DNA of 42,314 nucleotides from Veleropilina oligotropha (Eukaryota): NCBI GenBank assembly GCA_048128005.1, contig JBEUKZ010000068.1, positions 372,001 to 414,314 of the forward strand, read 5' to 3'. Shown piece by piece: positions 33,290 to 42,314 of this stretch (position 1 is its first letter; each line of letters starts with the position of its first letter). The notes under the pieces were generated by a model. It saw only the letters and a program-made list of their open reading frames with translations, ran no database searches and was not told where the DNA came from. The position numbers and the translations under genes were made by a program.

Positions 33290-34320
33290 ATCGGATATAC
33301 ATATATACTTGATTGGGTCGGTTTTAAGCCTATAACAACAAACCACGTATGGTAGCCACGCAGGTGGTTCGAATCCCACGGTTGTTAAAACACTATATTG
33401 TATTGTTTGAACTACGGCATATACACAGATACATACAGCATTACCCATATCTCAATGGGTTCGAATCCCATGTGTCAAGTTTTGAGAACAATTAAACTGA
33501 TATATACAATCCACCATGTTTGACTAGCCTACAGGATGCTAATTTGGTATGTAAGAACGGATGCTAGCAGTATCTGATGTCCACAAAACTCAGATAGCCA
33601 GATGGTTCTAACCCACGGTTGTACCGAAACGTAAAAGACACATCTGAACACGTATTGATCAAAATGACGATGTATCCAGGCTGTAATGGGCACGTACCTG
33701 TGACGTATTTGTGACGTAGTTGGAAAACACCTCAATCTATTAATAGAAACTGATGACGTCTGCATATTAGTTTATGGACCGGTAGCCACACAGGTGGTTC
33801 GAACCTACGGATAATGTACTGTACTTGGAAGATGTGCTTTACATATATATATATTGGCAGTTTTAAGCCTATAACAACATAGAACACACAAATCACAGTA
33901 GAATTTACCACGTAGGTGGTTCGAACCTACGGATAATGTAATGTACTTGGGCGATGTGCTTTACATATATATATTGGTAGTTTATAACAACATAGAACAC
34001 ACAAATCACGCTTTCACGTAGTTGGAAAACACCTCAATCTATTAATAGAAACTGATGACGTCTGCATATTAGTTATGGACCGGTAGCCACACAGGTGGTT
34101 CGAACCTACGGATAATGTACTGAACTTGGAAGATGTGCTTTACATATATATATTGGTAGTTTATAACAACATAGAACACACAAATCACAGTAGAATTTGC
34201 CACGCAGGTGGTTCGAACCTACGGATAATGTAATGTACTTGGGAGATGTGCTTTACATATATATATTGGCAGTTTCTATAACAACATAGAACACACGCTT
34301 TCGGGTCGGTAGCCACGCAG
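33290..34320 (+). repeat. Degenerate ~120-bp repeats with a ~300-bp higher-order duplication, carrying GGTTCGAAYC motifs
   Basis: 33714-34015 is duplicated at 34016-34300; motif at 33366, 33458, 33796, 33918, 34097 and 34210. Confidence 0.85.
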
Positions 34321-35337
34321 ATGATTGTTAACAATTTGACAGTTCTAAACATAAAATAATTGGGTCATATACATACCTATCGTTACGTAGTAATAACGAA
34401 GTTTCTTATATCCGTCATGTGTTTGACAACTAATTATCCATATAGAGCAGGCGCATTTCACCAAATGTAACTAGCAGGCAGGAAGCAAGCGTATCTTGTT
34501 TCAATCTGGTTTTATGTGTCTTCATAACGGAAGTTTGGTGTACTATTGTGTACATGGAAATGGGTCATTTAATAACTAAAATATATTGAGTTATTTCAAA
34601 CATACATGAATACAAAAACACCCAGTTTATAACGGTCTATATATATCTCACAAACGTATATGAAACGTATTAGAAACATGATCAAACAAGTCGCAATACT
34701 GTCTACTCATCATTAATATGCTACTACGCAGTTAATTAAAGCTGATCTAAGCATTATGCTGACCACAGCAGATTACGCCATGGTTATTTTTAGAATTTAT
34801 TTAGGTATAAATAGGTAACAACCATTCATTCGTTAGCAGTTTCCAACACGAACCGATAAGAAGACTTCAATAATTCACATCCAAGAACACAACAATTTCT
34901 TCATCAAGGTAAGATTATATGTTGTTATGTACTTGGTAAGGTAATAAACCCCTTTGGAAATAATAACAACAACAACAAACTACGAACATTATATAATTAA
35001 ACAAAGTATAATACAGAATAAATATATAATACAGAATAAATATATAATAAATTGGCATAAATATATAATTAATGTATAGGTTCCTGAAAGAAAAAAACGT
35101 AAGCGTTATGATAGGACATTACTATAATAAACTTTATTTATATATGAACATCTTTTCATGAGCGCTATAAGAACTATTATAATATAACGATATTTTAAAT
35201 ATAAGACAGCATTACACATTTTAAAATCCCTTTTCGAATGAATGGCAATAATTTTAAAAACATTTACATCGCTGTATAATATAATGCGGACAATTACTTA
35301 TATAATCAGTAATAACTAATTTGTTTTAACAGTTCGA

Positions 35338-35424
35338 ATGTGGTCAATTGTTACATTCATTGTCATAAGTGTATCTATTTGTATGCTTACCATGCGCCAC
35401 ACGAAATATTGTGTAGAATTCTGA
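35338..35424 (+). CDS. Putative 28-aa hydrophobic micropeptide from a spliced transcript
   Basis: TATAAATA 34806, donor AG|GTAAGA 34909, acceptor TTTTAACAG 35332, ATG 35338, AATAAA 35541. Confidence 0.3.
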   Translation: MWSIVTFIVISVSICMLTMRHTKYCVEF

Positions 35425-35564
35425 AAACAAAATGAAAGTATTAGCATTTAGCCATTAGTCAAAGAGACAATGTAAAAACATTACATATTTACGTAATGGT
35501 TAGCGTTGTAAAAGGTTAATCCATACTATCATAAACATTTAATAAAATTCATGGATTGCTCACC

Positions 35565-35864
35565 TTAAATACGTGTACCCTCTTGTTGGTCCACTGGGTA
35601 TGCCGTCACGATCCGGTCGCGGTTGCGGCAGTATATGACGACGCACCAGTGGACCATGTGCCCCCTGTTTATTCCAATTTGCCTCGCGAATCTTCGATAT
35701 ATTTTTATAGTATCAATGTTCTCGTAGCAGTATGTTGGTGACTCTAGTGTGGCGAGCACCGTACGTACGCCACCACGACAAAACATTGATTTCCCTGGTT
35801 GGGTACAGCAATGAGTGGATTTAATGTGAGCCCAGTTGATCGGTTTGTTTTTGAGGGAATTCAT
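35565..35864 (-). CDS. Small protein resembling toxin-type (EndoU/BECR-like) ribonucleases
   Basis: Motif order HIxxxH, GKSxF, RQIG, VVIY, IVTAYP in an open 99-codon frame. Confidence 0.5.
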   Translation of the reverse strand: MNSLKNKPINWAHIKSTHCCTQPGKSMFCRGGVRTVLATLESPTYCYENIDTIKIYRRFARQIGINRGHMVHWCVVIYCRNRDRIVTAYPVDQQEGTRI

Positions 35865-37047
35865 ATTTAATAGTGTATGTAAGTGAATATGCAAGCATAT
35901 TTGATTCCAGTTGATTAACATAAAGGCTCTCTGTTTGGATAATTTTAAAATTGTTTACTGAAAATTTAACAATCGTTGGTTACTTTCAAAAGTGTACTTA
36001 AGAGGTTTGAAATTATTGGACCAAAGAATAACCGTTTCTAACATGCCATAATAGCAATTAATATACCGGAATTCACCGTACTTAGGACTGAGAGCTTCTA
36101 GATACCTCGTATTACAATGGATATGTTAATGGCAATGTTGATTATGTATTTCAAATCATACTTATAGGGGGAAGCTATTTAATAACAAATATAAATTCAT
36201 GTCTTAGATTAATTATTTGCGTGGTTGAAACACATGGCAGTCTGTCACAACTCCTTAATAACATACAATTATCGATACAGTCAATTACTCTGTTATTATT
36301 TTCTGTGAAGACTAAACACGTGTGAAATAAATGCACACCATGGCAAGTGTTTTTAGCATCAGCCAAACCAAGAGGGTGACTTAGTGTGGGTATCCCTCAG
36401 GGGTAGGGAAATGCCTCAAGAATTAGAATGATATCCAGTGGCACAGGCTTTGGTGGTCATATTTCCAAACGTTGTCTAGTCTACGATTGGACAAGTTGTT
36501 GTCATATCCATAGCAATCTTCCAATCATAGTGAAGCATTCTCATTCTGACATATTGATTGACATCAGATGTATGTATACGTGTCACGTGTGTTGCTGTCA
36601 AATGCTTGATGATAAATGCCAAAGAGTAATTTAATAATATCTCAGAAATAAATATGATTATATAAAATACTGTTTTAGATATCAACCATGTAGTTACATT
36701 AAGATGGAGGCAACACATGTCAGATGGAGTTATTTTTCAAATTAGTATCTGTCTGCCTAAGATCTTGCAGTTGATATGAGTACGCCACATTTCATTACAG
36801 TATATTAACCCCCAATGCCATCGAATTCCTGAGGATCAAATTCGACATGTATTGACTAGAGCTAGGGCCTACAAGTTTGTCTAAAAAAGGGGGCATAACT
36901 CGAAACCGCCGTGTCATATAGACCTGAAATTTGTCTCGTTCAGTTTGACCATATGTATATATTATGGGAAGTTATTTGTCTAAAATCACCTCAATTCGTC
37001 TATGTATGTGAATTTGCAATAATTGTTGTAATTTTAATTTCAGAACC

Positions 37048-37347
37048 ATGTCTGAACTTCGACATTTGATTCAATCGTTTACGGACCCTGAAGAATTAAC
37101 GCACTTTGCGATGGAACTTGGAATAGCGGAGGACGCAGACGTACAAGAACAATTAAGATTATTACAACAGCTGTCCGAATTTCAAGAATTTGTTGAAGAA
37201 TTCGAGAACACTCAAGAACTGTCAACCTTTGCTCAACACATGTCAATTCCAGATGACCCTGATGTCATCAGAAAACTTTCCAATTTGAGGGATGCCAAAC
37301 GACCCAGGCGCAATCTAACCAAGCCCTATGTGTTAGAACAGGTCAGT
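37048..37347 (+). CDS. N-terminal fragment of an unknown acidic helical protein, cut by LINE B
   Basis: ATG directly after acceptor TTTTAATTTCAG; two internal ~40-aa repeats; frame open until the LINE junction. Confidence 0.6.
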
Positions 37348-39177
37348 CCCCCAGTCGGTTAGGGGTTAGAATATGCCGACTGCTCTCCCTGCAGAGGGGT
37401 AAGATCCCCCCAAATGGGAGCCACCTGTTTGCCGTGGGTGGCGACCCATGATGTTGGAGAAGAGGATCATGGTAGTTGAGCTTCGGCCTCGGCTGAAGCA
37501 ACACACTACTTTGGCCTCGGATTCAGCTAGACAGGAGGTCAGATAGGCCCTATCTGATCAATCGGCTTGTCACGCCGTGCCCTGGGATAATTTAACATTT
37601 TAAACAACATCATTCAAATTTTATTTATTAAAACATGTCATATCATAGATCACTTAACATCCATTGATCTACATCCCAGAAGGTGGTGGCTGAAGGGTCA
37701 ATCAAGTGAGGAATGAATGGTGGGATATACACTTCCCACCACAATTATTCATTCACTTATTTGAGTATATCATCCGGGTATCCCTGGCATTGGGTGCTGG
37801 AACCCCGCACCTGTTAAATGCCCCCTTGTTGGGCTCTGGGGTGGGCGGGGACCTCGGGTGATGAAACAATAAAACACAAATCATGGCAAAACACATCCTA
37901 CACACGGCTAAACGACGAATGAATATTCCACTTGATTACGATTCTGATGATGCTGATTTCATGACCGCTATCCGAACTATTCCATATGATCCAGAAAATG
38001 AGGCACCTTATATACCAGATCCTCCACCTCCTGTACCGGATAGTTGGCCCCGTTTGTTGACGGTCGAGTCACTTAATGACACTGACATCACTACATTAAG
38101 TCCGTTCGCCATCTCCAAGGCCATCATTGGCCTAGCTGGCGAACCTCGAACTGTCAAGAAACTCCGAGATGGCAAAATACTAATATAATGTGCCAGGAAG
38201 AGACATTCTGATAACCTACTGAGGAGTAACAAATTTGCAAACATCCCAGTAGAGGTCCTTCCACATCGGACCTTGGACTCATCCAAGGGAGTTATACGAT
38301 CAAGGGAACTGCAGGGATGCAGCGACCAAGAACTACTGGAAGGTATGAAGAGTCAGGGTGTCACTAAGGTCACACGCCTGACCATATCCAAGGATGGCAA
38401 AAGACTGCCCATCAATACTGTCATCCTGGAATTTCGCCTTCCGGTACTTCCGAAAATAATCAAAGCCAGATATATTATCATCCCTGTCGAACCTTATATC
38501 CCTAACCCCTTGAGATGTTTCAAATGCCAGGCATTTGGCCATCACAAGGACCGATGCAGACGGACTACAGCATGCACTCGATGCAGTGAGGAAGGTCACG
38601 ACTCTGACTCATGCACCAAAACACCTTTCTGCAGAAATTGCAAGGGTAGCCATAGTGCATACTCCAAAGACTGCCCGAAATGGAAACACGAGAAGGAGAT
38701 TCAGCGGGTCAAAACTATCGACCGAATCTCCTTCCCAGATGCCAGAAGACTCGTCGAGTCAAGGATTCCATCGGCTCCTTCGGGCAGATCTTATGCAGCA
38801 ATTACTGCAGTAGCAGAGTCAAGACCTCCAACGCGATCTTCCTCAGTGCAAACTGACATTACCTGGCCATTCGACTCTCCCAACTATAAAGTATTGCCAT
38901 CTCGGCCAAAATCAACATCATCAGAATCATCAACACAGACATCCAAACTACCGACATCCCAATATAAACAAACTATTAATTTACATAAAGAGGCTGCTGC
39001 TCTTCCAAAAGCAGAAGTCCATAAGAAACACACCCCAAAACCTGATAGACAGCCCAAAGGGTCCGAGGACCCAATTAAGCTGCACAATCGCTTTGACCAT
39101 CTGATGGATACCATCGAACCATCAGATGACCAAAGTGATCCTGACACTATCATCAAGGACCTTGCAGCTGACATAGT
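37348..39177 (+). mobile_element. LINE family B variant: 5' UTR plus ORF1 only, 3' part deleted
   Basis: Homologous to 27118-28949; ORF1 from 37883 with in-frame TAA at 38186-38188. Confidence 0.93.
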
Positions 39178-39224
39178 GTATTTTGTTTACAGCTCTAATA
39201 AATTTAATAATTCATCAACAGTTG

Positions 39225-39279
<55 letters not shown>

Positions 39280-39590
39280 TGACTAACGCCATGCTAGCAC
39301 GAGCGCACATTATCGCCATACGAACACGCGTGCATACGCCTGGGGCAAAATCATTAAGACTAGAATTACGAGTTAACAATATATGAGCACGAGCGCACAA
39401 CCTGGGGAAAAATTATTAAAGTCTATGATATCGAACTAATGCCATACGAACACGCAAATGCACGCCTGAGGCATAACCATTAAGACTATGATAGCGAACT
39501 AAAGCCATACGAACACGAGTACACACACCTGAGGCTAAACCATTAAGACTATGATAAGGAGACTACAATCATGCAAGCACGAGCGATATT
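39280..39590 (+). repeat. Degenerate ~60-bp tandem repeat, about 5 units
   Basis: Recurring CATTAAGACTATGATA and GCCATACGAACACG blocks. Confidence 0.75.
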
Positions 39591-39877
39591 GCGTTTTAAG
39601 GAATTTATAAATCATCGATATGTGATGGTATTCAAAATATAATATTTAAAAATATGTGTTCAAAATTATCCACTTAACACATTTCAAATAACAAAAATAA
39701 ATTCTACGATTATCTACTAATGAAAAGGATTTAAAGTAAAATTGACATTTTGATTAAACATTGTTCTATCCTTTTTTCAAATGTAAAAGATTGCAACAAA
39801 AGATTATTGTGTTATTAAACATAATTAATAGTTTGTACATACATAGATTAATGTATCGTTTATTATTTTATAGCAAA

Positions 39878-40054
39878 ATGGATTCTTTCACTTTAAGTTC
39901 TGACTTGATCAAATGGGCCCAGGCTAATAATATGTTGAGAGACGATGCTGTTAATATGAAAATATTAGAATTATTATGCGATGAAATTCGACAGTTAGAA
40001 GAAGTAGACGATATACAAAGGCTTGTATTGCTGATGGCATCTGGACAGATATAA
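39878..40054 (+). CDS. Short helical ORF related to the repeat unit of the 37048 protein
   Basis: ATG directly after acceptor TTATTTTATAG; DSFT..DLIKWAQ..D..V..KI..L pattern. Confidence 0.4.
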   Translation: MDSFTLSSDLIKWAQANNMLRDDAVNMKILELLCDEIRQLEEVDDIQRLVLLMASGQI

Positions 40055-40165
40055 AATGTTCCAATGACAAGCAGTACCCCAACACAACCAAGAGAGCACG
40101 TAAATCAAATGACGATTCCCACGATACCTCCGGACTTTGTACACAGATGGATTTAAATCAGGTAT

Positions 40166-41635
40166 ACACACACACACACACACAGACAGACACAGACACA
40201 CGTGTTTAACTACACTTATGAAGACTGTGAGTGGTTCCTCACTTTCGAGGACAGCATTAAATATTGCTAAATATGCTGATATACATAGTTGTAAATATTC
40301 CAAAACTGTTCACATAGTAACAAATGCAAAATTTATTACAAATTTGACAATTTTTATATAATTCGTTTTGTGGTTGATTTATAGGTACTTGTGATGCTCA
40401 TGCTACTCCACTTTTGAGGACACACTATAATGTCACTACTTCTGAGGACACACTATACAAATACAACTTATGGGGACACACATACATTTAATATTTCTGA
40501 GGACGCACTGGAATATGGCCACTTCTGGGGACACACTGTCTCTCTTCCACTTCAGAGGACACTCACAAATTTACCACTTCTTGGGACACATTAACGATTA
40601 CAACTAATGCGGACACACTAGTAATTACCACTTATGTTGACACACTAGCAATTACTATTCTTGTGACACACTTGCAATTACCAATTATGTGGACACACTA
40701 GCAGCTACCACTTTTAAGGATATGCAAATCACCACACATCCAGACGCGTTACAATAGCGATGATATCGCATATCGGGACCCGCGTGCAATTACAATGCGC
40801 ATTTTATAATAAGTTTCTACAAATTTAGTACTTACAAATAATACTCTTTGCGTAATAAGGGATATGAAGACAAACTGTATCGTGTATGAATATAGCATTG
40901 GCGGGTGCGTCAGACTCTCAACTGAAGCTGTTTAGTTGGTCCCAGGTTCGAGATCATCGTCGATTCATTCTTACCTCTTAAAGTAATAAAAGGCATAACC
41001 AGAATGTATGTCGGTCAGATCGGAGTGAGACCTTAAACCGGGTGTCCCGAGTACGATACAGCTGAAAATTGCTAAAAGTGGTCGTAAAACAATGTTGCCA
41101 ACCAATAAACAAGCATGACTGAATAACGTATGACTTTATAAATGGAGTTATGTATGTTATGCATGTATGTATGTATGTATATTTAAATGCATTTGCATAA
41201 TGTATGTATTATATGTGCGCATTTTTGTATGCCTTCGTGCATTTATATAAATATGTATTGATAAATGGATGTTTCTACGCATGTTTCAAAACAGTGTATG
41301 TTCTTAACTTCCGGGGACACGTGAACTTTCACGGACACACACTGTTCGATGATATTATAAATAAAGTCTATAGTAGCTGAGGATCCAGATAAATAAAAAC
41401 TGTTTCCAAGTTCTTGGTATGATTATGCAAGTGTGCGTTTTTTCGTGTCTCGACACTGTTAGCGAGTTTTATTGTTGCATTTATCTTGCATGATTGATGT
41501 TGAATCAATGTCTTGCTTGTTGTGTGGATCGAAAACGATCGATCCACCTTCCCATATTGGTCTTGCAAGATAGTTATGTATACAAATTCATCTTGCTTTC
41601 GCTGGAGATATAATCTAAGAAAGCCAAGAGTGAAT
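40166..41635 (+). repeat. Copy 2 of the ~1.5-kb direct repeat (uninterrupted)
   Basis: Matches 14870-15841 plus 19311-19793. Confidence 0.93.
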
Positions 41636-41808
41636 TTTGGTTTGTTGCTGTGTTTGTGACATTTACATTAATTACATGGTTCCAAGTTTGGGTATACATG
41701 TATACTGTTTTGCATCTGTACGAAATACATGTATACGCAATAATCATTTTGAGTGCATAGAATGCTTGAGGTTTCTTCATTACAGGATCGATATACCGTT
41801 CCTCATGG

Positions 41809-41863
<55 letters not shown>

Positions 41864-42314
41864 AAACAAGGAATACTATTATTCGCTACAGATTTGTTTC
41901 GTGTCTAATACACTCGTCAGGCGAACACGACGTGAATCTTAGAATGCAGCAATAGATTTAACGCACGCGCGTGATATTACTTTTTGTAACATGGCTTTTA
42001 TGATATGAATATACTCATGAAAAAAATGATTTGGACCGAAGCTTTATACCACATTTAGCGCCATTCATTGTCTAACAGGACATACATATATTGTAGCGGA
42101 GGTAATCAACAAACATTCACAAAGGTGCGTATAAACAACTTCCGAGGACGAGTGGACTTCAGAGGACACACCTTTCTGGAAGTTTAAAATTAGTTTTCAT
42201 ACTTAAACGCTAGTATTTTAAATGAAGAACGATTTTGGTGACGCCTACTGTCTAATTCCGGGGATATGCTTAGTCATGATAATTATGCACACTATTCATT
42301 TCGCCATGTAGATG

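Noticed and set aside
36175..36790. Short ORFs on both strands
   Set aside because: Multiple stops in all frames examined and no recognisable motif.

Overview
Eukaryotic, AT-rich and almost entirely mobile DNA; the repeat types suggest an invertebrate, probably a mollusc (inference). Retrotransposons found: (1) A full-length I/Nimb-type LINE ('A', 305-6287) with intact ORF1/ORF2, a 13-bp TSD and an HDV-like ribozyme starting at its first base, nested in the 3' UTR of a related family ('B'). (2) Three more B copies at 7890-9132, 27117-33205 and 37348-39177. (3) A 5'-truncated L1/Tx1-type LINE (15842-19301, minus strand). (4) A very young Gmr1-type Ty3/gypsy element (PR-INT-RT-RH order, 581-bp LTRs) with a rearranged right end. 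Removing these leaves a decayed backbone that looks mobile or virus-like. It contains a frameshifted C2H2-tyrosine recombinase-SET methyltransferase fusion gene (10560-13924, minus), a second intron-containing tyrosine recombinase, a small ORF resembling toxin-type RNases, two related small helical ORFs, a ~1.5-kb direct repeat with an iteron-like 27-28-bp array, and several minisatellites. No host housekeeping gene, rRNA, intact tRNA or CRISPR array is seen. All calls were made by eye; no searches were run.
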